52,957 nt of DNA from an uncultured Clostridium sp. (GCA_964612605.1 CAZTEJ010000002.1:1-52957), one strand, 5' to 3'. Counted from the stretch's first letter, positions 10,779 to 21,045 are shown. The notes: generated by a model from the sequence alone, not told the origin. Numbers and translations are program-made.

Positions 10779-10847
10779 TATTTTTTCTCCTTTTTGTCTT
10801 TTATTTTTTTAATTTTTAATGTATACTTTTATAGTAGGTGATGTAAA

Positions 10848-11393
10848 ATGAATTTTGGAACTTTAATGATGATTTTTTTAATCATTGGTGGAGTTATTTC
10901 TATTGTTTATATTATTTTTTATAATAATTTGCAAGCTTATGTGCTTAAGATTAATGAGGCTGAGGGGGTTATTGATGATCTTCTCAGAAAAAAGTATGAT
11001 AATATTATGATGATCAAGGATATTGTTCTGGAAGAAACTGATTTGCCTGAGAAGTCGTTTGATGAGTTTGTTAAGTTTAAGAAGCAAAATATTTCTAGTT
11101 TTGATTTTGAAAGAAAGTTAACTGAGTTTAATAATTTTATTACTAAGGTTTCTAGTGATTATGATTGTTTGATGGGAAATGTTAGATTTAATAATTATTA
11201 TAGTGAGCTTACTGAGATTAATCAGAAGTTGGAGGCAGCTAAGAGTTTTTATAATAAGTATACTAATATGCTTAATAGTTGTACTAAGAAGTTTCCTTCT
11301 AATGTGATTGCGTTTACTCATGGGATTAAGTCTAGGGCTTTCTTTGATGGTAAGGATATGTTTGATGAGGATATAAAGGATTTTAAGTTATAA
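10848..11393 (+). CDS. lemA: LemA family membrane protein
   Basis: N-terminal TM helix. Also YNNLQAYVLKINEAEGVIDDLLRKKYD and a C-terminal YNKYTNMLNSCTKKFPSNVIAFTHGIKSRAFFD. Confidence 0.7.
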   Translation: MNFGTLMMIFLIIGGVISIVYIIFYNNLQAYVLKINEAEGVIDDLLRKKYDNIMMIKDIVLEETDLPEKSFDEFVKFKKQNISSFDFERKLTEFNNFITKVSSDYDCLMGNVRFNNYYSELTEINQKLEAAKSFYNKYTNMLNSCTKKFPSNVIAFTHGIKSRAFFDGKDMFDEDIKDFKL

Positions 11394-11430
11394 TCCTTTT
11401 TTGTTTATAGAAAAAATGACATTAAGTCAT

Positions 11431-11856
11431 TTAGTACATTATTTTGTTTTCTATTGCCCATGGTATGAAGTGGTCTTTTATTGCGGATGCTAATTCGTCT
11501 TGTGAATCTTTTATTGAATACCATTTGTAGTCTATTATTTCTTCGTTTGGTAATAGTTCTACGTCTACTTCTTTGTTTGATAGCATCATGTGCATTTCGA
11601 TTGTTAGGTTTGGATCTGAAAGGGCTGGTTCTCTAAAGCATAGTATTTCGGTTAGATTATCTTCATTAATTGTAAATCCGTTGCTTATTTCTTCTGTACA
11701 TTCTCTTACTGCTGCTTCTTTATATGTTTCGCCTTTTTCTACTCCACCGCCTACTAGGGTATATTTTCCTTTTTTAGCACTTCTTTGGGACATGCTTATT
11801 AGTAGTTTTCCGTCTTTTATGAATGCGGTTCCTACTACGTGTATTAATTCTTCCAT
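11431..11856 (-). CDS. NUDIX hydrolase
   Basis: Nudix box GGGVEKGETYKEAAVRECTEEI. Confidence 0.85.
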   Translation of the reverse strand: MEELIHVVGTAFIKDGKLLISMSQRSAKKGKYTLVGGGVEKGETYKEAAVRECTEEISNGFTINEDNLTEILCFREPALSDPNLTIEMHMMLSNKEVDVELLPNEEIIDYKWYSIKDSQDELASAIKDHFIPWAIENKIMY

Positions 11857-11863
11857 TTTAACC

Positions 11864-12298
11864 TCACTTATGATATGTTTCGTTATTTATTATTTTAAAT
11901 GAACGATATATTTGTTCTAATAGGATTCCTCTGAATAATCCGTGAGGAAATGTTAAGGGGCTAAATGATAGTTTGTAATCTACTTGTTTTAGTACTTGTT
12001 CATCTAGTCCTTCTGATCCTCCTATTATGAAATCTATGTTGCTATAATTCATTAATTTTGTTTCGATGAATTTTGATAGTTCTGGGGATGTTAATCTTTC
12101 TCCATCTATTGTTAGAGCTACTTTATATGATTTATTTGATAGTTTTGAAAGTATTTTTATTCCTTCTTCTTTTTTGTTGGTATCTTGTAGTTCGATTATT
12201 TCTATTTTATGATATTTATTTGTTCTTGTTAGATAATCATTTATTAGTTCTGTTAAATATTTTTCTTTTATTTTTCCTATACATATTATTTTTATCAT
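11864..12298 (-). CDS. rlmH: 23S rRNA (pseudouridine1915-N3)-methyltransferase RlmH
   Basis: 144-aa SPOUT-type protein. IICIGKIKEKYL...FIIGGSEGLDEQV...LSFSPLTFPHGLFRGILLEQIYR. Confidence 0.9.
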   Translation of the reverse strand: MIKIICIGKIKEKYLTELINDYLTRTNKYHKIEIIELQDTNKKEEGIKILSKLSNKSYKVALTIDGERLTSPELSKFIETKLMNYSNIDFIIGGSEGLDEQVLKQVDYKLSFSPLTFPHGLFRGILLEQIYRSFKIINNETYHK

Positions 12299-13059
12299 AT
12301 TTCTATTGTTCCTGTTATTTCGTTTTGTTTTGCTACTTTAATGTTTGTAAAATCTATATTATGTTCTATAAATTCTTGTTTTAAGGTTGATAGGGCTAGG
12401 TCTTCGGTGTTGTTTTCTTCGCTTAAGTGGGCTAGCACTATTTCTTTGGTATTTTCTCCAATTATTTTGCTTAAATAGAATGAAGATGATTCGTTTGATA
12501 GGTGACCTCTGTCTGATGCTACTCTTCTTTTTAACCATCCGGGATACCTTCCATTTAAGAGCATATCTGTGTTATGATTGCTTTCAAAAATGTAAACATT
12601 TTTGTTTGATAATTTTTTGAAATATTTTTGGTTTAGGTATCCTGTATCTGTTATTTGTACCATGCTTGAGGTTCCTTCTGTTATGATATATCCTCTTGAA
12701 TCTGATGTATCGTGACTTGTTTTGATGTTTTCTATTAAAATATTGTCTATTATCATATCATCTTCTAATAGTTTGATATTTTCATATTTTTTTAGATATG
12801 GCATATCTTCTAGCATTGGTATTGTTAAGATTAATGTTGGTTTATATTTATTTGTAATTGTTTTTAAAGCGCTTGTGTGATCTGCATGGGTGTGGGTGAT
12901 GAGGATGTAGTCTATGTTAGATAATGATGTGTTGTTTTCTTTTAATTTATCATTAATGTATTTCATATTACATCCTGCATCTATTAAGAGTTCGTGGTTT
13001 GTTGTTTTGATATATGTTGAATTCCCTTTGGAACCGCTTGCAAGTACGCTTACTAGCAT
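12295..13059 (-). CDS. yycJ: YycJ/WalJ-like MBL-fold hydrolase
   Basis: VLASGSKGNSTYI, ITHTHADH, GHLSNE. The start at 13059 (MLVSVLASGS) fits B. subtilis YycJ better than the ORF-track start at 13074. Confidence 0.8.
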   Translation of the reverse strand: MLVSVLASGSKGNSTYIKTTNHELLIDAGCNMKYINDKLKENNTSLSNIDYILITHTHADHTSALKTITNKYKPTLILTIPMLEDMPYLKKYENIKLLEDDMIIDNILIENIKTSHDTSDSRGYIITEGTSSMVQITDTGYLNQKYFKKLSNKNVYIFESNHNTDMLLNGRYPGWLKRRVASDRGHLSNESSSFYLSKIIGENTKEIVLAHLSEENNTEDLALSTLKQEFIEHNIDFTNIKVAKQNEITGTIEI

Positions 13060-14558
13060 GAGTACACCGAGCATGGATTGTGATATCCAGCTGAACTTTG
13101 GATTGCAAAGTGAAGGTGGGTTCCGGTTGATGAACCTGAATCCCCCATTGTTCCTATGATTTGTCCTCTTGTTACTGTTTGGCCTACTGATACTCTTATA
13201 TCACTTCTCATATGGGCATATATAATTGTGTATTCTCCGTATTGGATTCTTATGTAATTTCCCCATTGATTTCCACAGTTGTTTCCGTAGTATCCTCTAT
13301 CAGCGCATGATGAGTATGCTGCTATTACTGTTCCGTCTGTTGCTGAATATATTGGTGAACCGAATCCGGTTCCGGAAATATCTATTCCGTTGTGATGTTT
13401 TCCCCAACGCCATCCGAATCTACTGGTTATTACGTATGGTGATAGGGTTGGCCAACGCCATTCGTCTGTTCCAACGTTTATGTATGTTCCTGATGGGTTT
13501 GAATAGTATTTTGTTCCTTTTGCTACTATTTTATTAACTGTTGGTTTTACTTCTTCTGATTTTGTAATTATCAAGCTTTCTATTTCTCCGTTTTTGTATT
13601 GGATTGATTCGGTTACTTTTGATACTCCGTTTACTCCTTCTTGGATTGTTTTGGTTTGTCCTACGTACATTGTATCGTCGTCTTGGTATTCTGTTACATA
13701 TTTATTAGTTATGTTTTCTACTACTTCTGTTTCGTGAATTATTTCTACTATTGGTGAAATTAATCCGATTGAAACTTCTTGATTCTTTTTTAATAGTGTA
13801 TTTTTACTTGGTATTGATGGGTTTGCGATTAGGAATTCTTCTATGCTTAAGTTATTGTTTTCTATTATATTGTCTATTGAATCGTTTTCTTTTACGGTGT
13901 ATGTTTTTTGTTTTTCTGTTGTTCCAAATAATAGGTATTGGCTAAGTTCTTCTGTATTTGTGAATATTTGTTTATCTGTGCTGATATGATCTTCTTTTAT
14001 TGTTATTTCTTCTTGCCAATATATTGATGTTATTTTTGTTCCTTCATCGGTTATTTCTTCTTGGGTGTTATTTTCGTAGTTTTTTAGTTCTTTACTTCCA
14101 ACAAATGCGGATACTAGGTTGTAGAATGCTTCTTCAAAGTATTCTTTTTTTAATGTATATATTGTTATTGGTTCTTTTGTTTCGTCTTTATACTTTATTG
14201 TTATTACGTATCCTTGGATTGTAAACGGATTTATATTTTCAATTGTATTGTATATTTCTTCTGATGTTTTTATATTATCACTATAGGTTGTGTTTTTTTC
14301 TATTTCTAATCCGCTTGGTGGATATACTTTATCAACGTTGTATGTTTGTTTTATTTCTTGTTGTTTTTCATCAACTAGATTAAGAAATTCTTCTTCGTTT
14401 GATAGGTATCCGATGCTTTTTCCTTCTACGAATACTTCGTATACGTCTTTTGGTATATCGGTATTTTGTTTATTGGTTGATAGGAAAAACATTAGTCCAG
14501 ATAGTAATATGGTTATTATTATTGATAATATTATTTCTTTTGTTTTCAATTTAATCAC
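13053..14558 (-). CDS. Membrane-anchored LysM + G5 + M23 (LytM-type) peptidase
   Basis: N-terminal TM helix. LysM-like YTVKENDSIDNII. G5-like VGQTKTIQEGVNGVSKV...VNKIVAKGTK. M23 motifs HHNGIDISG, YAHM and GTHLHF. Confidence 0.85.
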   Translation of the reverse strand: MIKLKTKEIILSIIITILLSGLMFFLSTNKQNTDIPKDVYEVFVEGKSIGYLSNEEEFLNLVDEKQQEIKQTYNVDKVYPPSGLEIEKNTTYSDNIKTSEEIYNTIENINPFTIQGYVITIKYKDETKEPITIYTLKKEYFEEAFYNLVSAFVGSKELKNYENNTQEEITDEGTKITSIYWQEEITIKEDHISTDKQIFTNTEELSQYLLFGTTEKQKTYTVKENDSIDNIIENNNLSIEEFLIANPSIPSKNTLLKKNQEVSIGLISPIVEIIHETEVVENITNKYVTEYQDDDTMYVGQTKTIQEGVNGVSKVTESIQYKNGEIESLIITKSEEVKPTVNKIVAKGTKYYSNPSGTYINVGTDEWRWPTLSPYVITSRFGWRWGKHHNGIDISGTGFGSPIYSATDGTVIAAYSSCADRGYYGNNCGNQWGNYIRIQYGEYTIIYAHMRSDIRVSVGQTVTRGQIIGTMGDSGSSTGTHLHFAIQSSAGYHNPCSVYSC

Positions 14559-14569
14559 TTCTTTTTCTT

Positions 14570-15916
14570 TTATTTTTCTTCATTTTTTTTGATATAGTTT
14601 CTAAAGTTGCTCATGCTTCTTTCGAATAGTAATTCGATTGTTCCGGTTCCACCGTTTCTGTGTTTTCCAATAATTAGTTCGGTTATTGAGGTGTCTGTTT
14701 GTTCTGCGGCTGCTTTGTTGTAGTAATCATCTCTATATAGGAACATTACGATGTCTGCATCTTGTTCGATTGAACCTGATTCTCTTAGGTCTGACATTAT
14801 TGGTCTTTTATTTTCTCTTAATTCTACGCTACGTGATAATTGGGCTAGGGCAACTACTGGGACTTTTAATTCCATTGCCATTGTTTTAAGGGAACGTGAT
14901 ATTTCTGATACTTCTTGGACACGATTTCCTTCATTTTTGCTTGATCCTGAAATTAATTGTAGATAGTCTATTACAATTAGTCCTAGTCCTTTATCGCTGG
15001 TTGCGAGTCTTCTACATTTTGCTCTTATTTCTGAGATTGTCATTCCGGCATTGTCTTCTATGTAAAGATTGGTTTCGCTTAGTTCGCTCATTGCTTCGTT
15101 TACTTTTTTCCAATCTCCGTGTTCTAGTCTTCCGGTTCTGACTTTGTTCATTTCGATTCCACCGGCTGCTGCTATCATACGCATTGCTAGTTGTTCTGCT
15201 GACATTTCTAGATTGAATAGTGCGACTGCTTTTTCGCTTCTTGATGCTGCGTTTACGGCTAGGTTTAATGCGAATGCGGTTTTACCCATTGCTGGTCTTG
15301 CTGCTACGATTATTAGTTCGTTTTCGTGAAAGCCACTGGTTAGTTTATCTAAATCGTAGAATCCGGTTGCTAGTCCGGTTATTTCGTTTTGATTTTTTGC
15401 TAGTTTTTCAATTTGTTCTTGAGCACTTCTCATTACTGATGCGATTGTTTTAAATTCTCCAGCTTTTCTTGCTTTTGTAACACTGAAGATTTTCTTTTCG
15501 GCATCGTCTATTAAATAATTTGTTTCCTCTTCTTCGTTATATGCTTCTTGATTTATTTTGTTTGTAACGTCTATTAGTTTTCTTCTTAATGCTTTATCTT
15601 TTATTATATCTATGTAGTAATCTATATTTGATGCTGATATTACTGAGTCTATTACTTCGCTTAGGTATTCTACTCCTCCGATTGCTGTAATTGATATATG
15701 TTTTTCGATTTCATTTTTTATTGCCATTGAATCTAATGGTAATTTGTTTTGGTGTAGTGTGAATATTGCATCGTATATTCTTCTGTTTGCTTCTGATACA
15801 AACATTTCGCTTTCTAGTTCTTCACATATTTTATCACAGGCGTATCTTGTTAAAAAAGCACATCCTAGGGCCATCATTTCAGCTTCTAGGTTTTGAGGCA
15901 TTTTTCTTTCTGCCAC
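14570..15916 (-). CDS. dnaB: Replicative DNA helicase (DnaB family)
   Basis: PQNLEAEMMALGCAFL, Walker A ARPAMGKTAFALN, IVIDYLQLI, and IAKHRNG-type GKHRNGGTG. Confidence 0.97.
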   Translation of the reverse strand: MAERKMPQNLEAEMMALGCAFLTRYACDKICEELESEMFVSEANRRIYDAIFTLHQNKLPLDSMAIKNEIEKHISITAIGGVEYLSEVIDSVISASNIDYYIDIIKDKALRRKLIDVTNKINQEAYNEEEETNYLIDDAEKKIFSVTKARKAGEFKTIASVMRSAQEQIEKLAKNQNEITGLATGFYDLDKLTSGFHENELIIVAARPAMGKTAFALNLAVNAASRSEKAVALFNLEMSAEQLAMRMIAAAGGIEMNKVRTGRLEHGDWKKVNEAMSELSETNLYIEDNAGMTISEIRAKCRRLATSDKGLGLIVIDYLQLISGSSKNEGNRVQEVSEISRSLKTMAMELKVPVVALAQLSRSVELRENKRPIMSDLRESGSIEQDADIVMFLYRDDYYNKAAAEQTDTSITELIIGKHRNGGTGTIELLFERSMSNFRNYIKKNEEK

Positions 15917-15918
15917 TT

Positions 15919-16362
15919 TTACACCTCTTTTACTACTATACTTATGTTTGCTTCTACTTTTTTATGTAGTTTTATTTTAATAATATGTGTTCCTAAGGTA
16001 TCTATTGGGGTGTTTATTTCGATTTGTTTTTTATCTATGTTATATCCTTTTTTATTTAATTCTTCTGATATTTGTTTTGATGAGATTGTTCCGAATATTT
16101 TTCCGTTTTTACCTGATTTAACTTTAAATGTAATTGGAGTTTTTTCGATTTGTTCTTTAATTTGTTTACAATCTCTTATAAGTAAATCTTCTTCTAATGC
16201 TTTGGTTTCTAATTCGTTTTGTAGTCTTTTTTTGCTTCCTTCTGTATATTTTACTGCTAATCCATTTTTGATTAGGAAGTTTTCTGCATATCCATCTGAC
16301 ACTTCTATTATTTGATCTTTTTTTCCTTGTTTTTTAACGTCTTTTAATAATATTACTTTCAT
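15919..16362 (-). CDS. rplI: 50S ribosomal protein L9
   Basis: MKVILLKDVKKQGKKDQIIEVSDGYAENFLIKNGLA. Confidence 0.95.
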   Translation of the reverse strand: MKVILLKDVKKQGKKDQIIEVSDGYAENFLIKNGLAVKYTEGSKKRLQNELETKALEEDLLIRDCKQIKEQIEKTPITFKVKSGKNGKIFGTISSKQISEELNKKGYNIDKKQIEINTPIDTLGTHIIKIKLHKKVEANISIVVKEV

Positions 16363-16439
16363 TCAAAACTCTCCTGTCTAATCAATTTATAGTATAACAA
16401 ATTATTTAAAAAAAAGATACCTCTTATAGAGATACTTTA

Positions 16440-16655
16440 TTATTTTACAAATGGGATTAAAGCCATAAATCTTGCTCTTTTGATTTGTTTAGCAATATAT
16501 CTTTGATGTTTTGCACATGCTCCTGTCATTCTACGAGGTAGGATTTTTCCTTTATCATTGATATATTTGTTAATAATATTTACGTCTTTATAATCTACGC
16601 TTTTTCCAGCACACATTTGACAAATTTTCTTTTTCTTACGATAAAATTCTGCCAT
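16440..16655 (-). CDS. rpsR: 30S ribosomal protein S18
   Basis: [50 protein letters not shown]. Confidence 0.95.
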   Translation of the reverse strand: MAEFYRKKKKICQMCAGKSVDYKDVNIINKYINDKGKILPRRMTGACAKHQRYIAKQIKRARFMALIPFVK

Positions 16656-16667
16656 GATTTTTCCTTT

Positions 16668-17132
16668 CTAGAATGGTAAATCGTCATCGCTTAACACTAC
16701 TTCGGAACCGAAATCTTTAAATGGGTCTTCTGTAATGTCGGTTGTTGCTGCATGACTTATATTGTTATTTAGTTGTGGAAAGTCCATTCCTGTGTTTCCA
16801 TTACTATTTTTGCTACCTAAGAATGTTACTGTTGTAGCACTTACTTCTGTTACGTATACTGTAACTCCGTCTTTATTTTGATAATTTCTTGTTTGTATTC
16901 TTCCTTGGACTCCTATTTGAGAACCTTTTGAACAGTATTTGCATAGATTTTCTGCTTGTTTTCCCCAGGCTACACAGTTAATGAAATCTGCGTCTCTTTC
17001 TCCATTTTGGTTTGTTGTTAGTTTAGATACAGCTATTGTGAAATTACAAGTTGAAAGAGGACCGTTTTGTCCGTTTACTGTTCTTAATTCTGGATCTCTT
17101 GTTAGTCTTCCTACTAAAACTACGTTATTCAT
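16668..17132 (-). CDS. ssb: Single-stranded DNA-binding protein
   Basis: MNNVVLVGRLTRDPELR OB-fold start and an acidic C-terminal tip DDDLPF. Confidence 0.95.
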   Translation of the reverse strand: MNNVVLVGRLTRDPELRTVNGQNGPLSTCNFTIAVSKLTTNQNGERDADFINCVAWGKQAENLCKYCSKGSQIGVQGRIQTRNYQNKDGVTVYVTEVSATTVTFLGSKNSNGNTGMDFPQLNNNISHAATTDITEDPFKDFGSEVVLSDDDLPF

Positions 17133-17135
17133 AAA

Positions 17136-17426
17136 TTACTCCTCATCTAATTTTAAAATTTGATGTCTAATGATATTTTCGTTTAGTCTAGCTTTACGAT
17201 CAAATTCAGCTATTGCTTCGTTTGATGCTTCTACAGTTAGAACGTAGTAGAAACCATTAATTTCTTTGTTAATAGGATATGCTAGTTGTCTTTGTCCCAT
17301 TTCTTTTGAATTAGTAATTTTTCCGTTCATATCTGTAATTACTTTTTTTAGATTTTCTACAGTTGATGTTACTGTTTTTTCATCTAATGTTGTTTTTACG
17401 ATAAACATTACTTCATAATTTGTCAT
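17136..17426 (-). CDS. rpsF: 30S ribosomal protein S6
   Basis: YEVMFIVKTTLDE...QLAYPINKE..GFYYV, in the classic rpsF-ssb-rpsR order. Confidence 0.95.
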   Translation of the reverse strand: MTNYEVMFIVKTTLDEKTVTSTVENLKKVITDMNGKITNSKEMGQRQLAYPINKEINGFYYVLTVEASNEAIAEFDRKARLNENIIRHQILKLDEE

Positions 17427-17505
17427 TTTTTCTTTCCTCCTTCTGGTCTATTCGGCTTTGCTTAACAAAGCAAGGAGCTTTCGCTCAATAGGTATATTAT
17501 CATAT
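17427..17505 (-). promoter_or_regulatory. rpsF 5' leader with two hairpins (candidate S6:S18-binding leader) and an extended -10 element
   Basis: The minus strand shows TGATAATAT (-10-like), then the hairpins GAGC-GAAA-GCTC and GCTTTG-TTAAG-CAAAGC, then CCGAAUAG and the AGGAGG RBS. Confidence 0.4.
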
Positions 17506-17604
17506 TTATTGTGGAAATGCTAGGATTTTTTAACATTTTGAGAAAATTTAATTATTATATTTTGAAATTTTAAAAAATTTATTTGTTTGTTATTTGTTTT
17601 TATG

Positions 17605-17635
17605 AAAAAATGAGATATAAATTATTTATATCTCA
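17605..17635 (-). terminator. Rho-independent terminator downstream of hpf
   Basis: 10-bp stem tgagatataa/ttatatctca with a 5-nt loop, followed on the minus strand by 6 T. Confidence 0.7.
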
Positions 17636-17650
17636 CTGTATTGTTTTTGT

Positions 17651-18178
17651 TTATTTATTAGTATTTATTATTCCGTAAGCTCCATCTTTTCTTTTATAAA
17701 GTACTGAAATACATTCTTCATCTATGTTGTTAAATACGAAGAAGTCATGGTCTAATAGTTCCATTTGAAGGATTGCTTCTTCTTCATCCATTGGTTTAAC
17801 GTCTAGAATTTTTCTTTTTATTATTTTACTTTGATTTGATTCTTCTTGAGTTTCTTCTATTTGTGCAAATATTGGTTCGAATGTTTTGTATCTATTTAGT
17901 TTGGTTTTGTTTTTTCTTATTTGTCTTTCTAGTTTGTCTACTACTAAGTCTATTGCTGCGTATAAATCATTGTGTTTTTCTTCTGCTCGAAGGGTAAATT
18001 TGTCTGTAGGGATTGTTACTTCTATTATTTGATCTTTGTCTCTTACTTTAACAACTATGTTGCATCTTATTTCTGAGTTACTGTCAAAGTATTTGTCTAA
18101 TCTACTAAGTTTTTCTGTAACGTAGTTTTTGATTGCTTCTGTAACTTTTAGTTTATCTCCTCTAATATTAATTTCCAT
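17651..18178 (-). CDS. hpf: Ribosome hibernation-promoting factor (long form)
   Basis: MEINIRGDKLKVTEAIKNYVTEKLSRLDKYF and a C-terminal dimerisation-type domain. The ATG at 18178 has a GGAGAG RBS. Confidence 0.9.
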   Translation of the reverse strand: MEINIRGDKLKVTEAIKNYVTEKLSRLDKYFDSNSEIRCNIVVKVRDKDQIIEVTIPTDKFTLRAEEKHNDLYAAIDLVVDKLERQIRKNKTKLNRYKTFEPIFAQIEETQEESNQSKIIKRKILDVKPMDEEEAILQMELLDHDFFVFNNIDEECISVLYKRKDGAYGIINTNK

Positions 18179-18225
18179 ATGTATCACTCTCCTAATATCA
18201 TATTATCATATTTTTATAAAAAAAA

Positions 18226-18441
18226 CTACACTGTGGTAGTTATATTTACATGGTTTACTTCTTTTGCTTGGAGTCCTTTGGATGTTTCTATTAGTTTAAA
18301 CTCTACTGTATCTCCTTCGTTTAGGGTACGGTATCCTTTCATGTTGATTGTACTATAGTGAAAGAATATATCGCTTAGTCCTTTTACTTCGATAAATCCG
18401 TATCCTAGATCGTTGTTAAACCATTTTACTTTTCCTATCAT
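18226..18441 (-). CDS. Cold-shock domain protein
   Basis: GKVKWFNNDLGYGFIE (RNP1-like), 71 aa. Confidence 0.9.
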   Translation of the reverse strand: MIGKVKWFNNDLGYGFIEVKGLSDIFFHYSTINMKGYRTLNEGDTVEFKLIETSKGLQAKEVNHVNITTTV

Positions 18442-18506
18442 AATTCTTTATCCTTTCTATGTTTAAAGGATAATATATTTTTGCTTAATTATTTGTCGAA
18501 TTATGG

Positions 18507-18953
18507 TTAGTATGTGTAAGTATTTTTTATTTCTCTATTTAGGTCTCTTTCTTTTATTGTTTGTCTTTTGTCATAGGTGTGTTTTCCTTTTGCTATTGCT
18601 ACTTTAATTTTGGCTTTGTTGTTTTTAAGATATAATATTGTTGGTATTAGGGTGTATCCTTCTTTTTGGGATGCTTCTTGTAATCTTTTTATTTCTTGGT
18701 TGTGTAGTAATAGTTTTCTGGTTCTTCTTTCGTCTTGGTTGTTGTATGTTCCATTTTCGTATTTTGATATGAACATATTAATTATATAGCATTCGTTGTG
18801 TTTTATTTTTATGTATGAATCTTTTAGATTTGCAGAACCGTTTCTTATGGATTTGATTTCGGTTCCGGTAAGAACGATTCCTGCTTCTATTTCTTTTTCT
18901 ATAAAGTAATCAAAGTATGCTTTTTTGTTTTTTATTTCCATGTTTTTCTCCAT
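18507..18953 (-). CDS. smpB: SsrA-binding protein SmpB
   Basis: NKKAYFDYFIEKEIEAGIVLTGTEIKSIR...RTRKLLLH. The start could be either of the first two Met codons. Confidence 0.93.
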   Translation of the reverse strand: MEKNMEIKNKKAYFDYFIEKEIEAGIVLTGTEIKSIRNGSANLKDSYIKIKHNECYIINMFISKYENGTYNNQDERRTRKLLLHNQEIKRLQEASQKEGYTLIPTILYLKNNKAKIKVAIAKGKHTYDKRQTIKERDLNREIKNTYTY

Positions 18954-21045
18954 CTAGCACTATGAAGTCGATTGTTTTGGCTTCTTTGCTTGCTCCTATA
19001 CATTTTACTCTTATTTTGTCTCCAAGTCTATATGTTTTTTTGGTATTTGTTCCAATAAGTGCGAATAGTTCTGGTATGTAGTTATAGTAATCTCCTTCTA
19101 GGGTGCTTGTGTGTACGAGTCCTTCTATCTTGTTTGGTAGTTCAACGAATAGTCCGAAGTTGGTTACTGTGCTTATTGTTCCTTCGAAGGTTTCTCCGAT
19201 GTGGTTTTCCATGTATTCTGCCATTTTCATGTCGTCTACTTCTCTTTCGGCTTCGGTTGCGGCTTGTTCTCTTTCGCTACAGTTTGTTGCAATGTAGTCT
19301 AGGTTTGTTTCCCAGTAGTTTATAGTGTTTGTATCTATGTTGTTGTTGTATAGGTATTCTCTTAGGAGTCTATGAACTATTAGGTCTGGATATCTTCTTA
19401 TTGGGCTTGTGAAATGGGTATAACATGTACTGCCTAGTCCGAAGTGTCCGATATTGTCTTTTTGATAAACTGCTTTTTGCATGCTTCTTAGTAATATACT
19501 TGAGAATATGTCTACTTCTGGAACATCTTTTAGTTGGGTTAGAATTTTTTGCATTGTTATTGGTTTTATTTCATTAAATTTTCCTACTATTTTGTATCCC
19601 ATTAGACTAACTAGGTGGATAAATGAATCTATTTTTTCTTTTTTTGGTTCTCCGTGTACACGGTATATAAATGGTAGTTCCATATTATATATATGTGTTG
19701 CGACTGTTTCGTTTGCGGCAATCATGAAGTCTTCTATTAGTTTTTCTCCGTCTTCTCTTTCATTTACTTTAACGTCTATGCATTTTCCGTTTTCATCGCA
19801 TATTAGTTTTGGTTCGTCTAGATCGAAATCTATATATCCTCTTTTTTCTTTGTTTTTTCTTAATATATGAGCTAGTTCATTCATTCCTTGTAATTGTTCT
19901 TTGTATGGTTCGTAGTCTGGATCTATTATGTTTCTTACTAATAGGTCGTTTACTTTTTTGTATGTCATTTTCTTTTTTGACTTTATGTATGATGGAAATA
20001 TGTCGTAGTTAATTACATTTCCATTTGAATCTATATCCATTATGCATGATTGGGTTAGTCTTATTTCGCCTTCGTTTAGTGAGCATATTCCGTTTGATAG
20101 GATATGTGGTAGCATTGGGATTACTGAGTATGCTAAATAGGAGCTTGTTCCTCTTTGGAATGCATCTTTGTCTAGTGGGCTGTCTTTGGTTACGTAGTAT
20201 GATACGTCTGCAATGTGTACTCCTAAAGTATATATTCCATCGTGTTTTTTAAAACTAATTGCATCGTCTATGTCTTTTGTATCGTCTCCGTCTATTGTGA
20301 ATATGGTTTCGTTTGTTAGATTTTTTCTTCCTTGGAGGTCTTTATCGGTTACTTGTGTTGGTAGGCTGTTTGCCATATCTATAGCTTCTTTTGAGAATTC
20401 TTCGTATATTTTATATTTGTAGGCTATTGATGTTATGTCTACTCCTGGGTCGTCTTTGTGTCCTAGTATTTTAACTATTTTTCCGATGTAGTAATTTTTT
20501 TGTTTTTCTTTGGCTAGATTTACAACTACTTTTGTTCCTTCTACGCATCCTTTTAAGGTATTTTGATCTATTTCTATGGTTATTTTTTTCTTTTTGTCGT
20601 CTAGTTCTAAGAATGTTTTGTTTTTCTTGTTATATAGTGTTCCGATGATGTTTTTGGTATTTCTTTCGAGGATTTTTATTACTTTTCCTTCTTTTTTTCC
20701 GTTGTAGGTAATTACTTCTACTAGTACGATGTCTTGGTCTACTGCTCCGTTTATGTTGTGATAGTTTATATATAGATCATCACCATCTAGTAGTAGGAAT
20801 CCGTTGCCCATTTTGTTTATGCTTATTTTTCCAGCTTTTACTCCTGGGTTATTATCGTATAGTATGTATTTGTCTTTTTTGGTTTGGTATATTGTGTATT
20901 CTTTTACTAATTGGGTTAGTGTTTCTTGTAGTATGTTTAATTCTTCTGGTGTGGTTAGTTTTAATAAATCGTTTATTTCTATTAGACTTAGTGCATCGTA
21001 TTTGTTTTTTAATTGTTTTAATATTTCTTCTTTCAATTTTATCAC
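18910..21045 (-). CDS. rnr: Ribonuclease R
   Basis: RNB motif FTIDGDDTKDIDDAISF, HFGL..YTHFTSPIRRYPDLIVHR, and a C-terminal S1 domain GTISTVTNFGLFVEL. Confidence 0.95.
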   Translation of the reverse strand: MIKLKEEILKQLKNKYDALSLIEINDLLKLTTPEELNILQETLTQLVKEYTIYQTKKDKYILYDNNPGVKAGKISINKMGNGFLLLDGDDLYINYHNINGAVDQDIVLVEVITYNGKKEGKVIKILERNTKNIIGTLYNKKNKTFLELDDKKKKITIEIDQNTLKGCVEGTKVVVNLAKEKQKNYYIGKIVKILGHKDDPGVDITSIAYKYKIYEEFSKEAIDMANSLPTQVTDKDLQGRKNLTNETIFTIDGDDTKDIDDAISFKKHDGIYTLGVHIADVSYYVTKDSPLDKDAFQRGTSSYLAYSVIPMLPHILSNGICSLNEGEIRLTQSCIMDIDSNGNVINYDIFPSYIKSKKKMTYKKVNDLLVRNIIDPDYEPYKEQLQGMNELAHILRKNKEKRGYIDFDLDEPKLICDENGKCIDVKVNEREDGEKLIEDFMIAANETVATHIYNMELPFIYRVHGEPKKEKIDSFIHLVSLMGYKIVGKFNEIKPITMQKILTQLKDVPEVDIFSSILLRSMQKAVYQKDNIGHFGLGSTCYTHFTSPIRRYPDLIVHRLLREYLYNNNIDTNTINYWETNLDYIATNCSEREQAATEAEREVDDMKMAEYMENHIGETFEGTISTVTNFGLFVELPNKIEGLVHTSTLEGDYYNYIPELFALIGTNTKKTYRLGDKIRVKCIGASKEAKTIDFIVLDGEKHGNKKQKSIL

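Noticed and set aside
10878-11321. Two minus-strand ORFs (10878..11087 and 11118..11321) antisense to lemA
   Set aside because: They are nested antisense to a recognisable LemA gene, and their translations are Ile/Asn/Leu-rich and low complexity.
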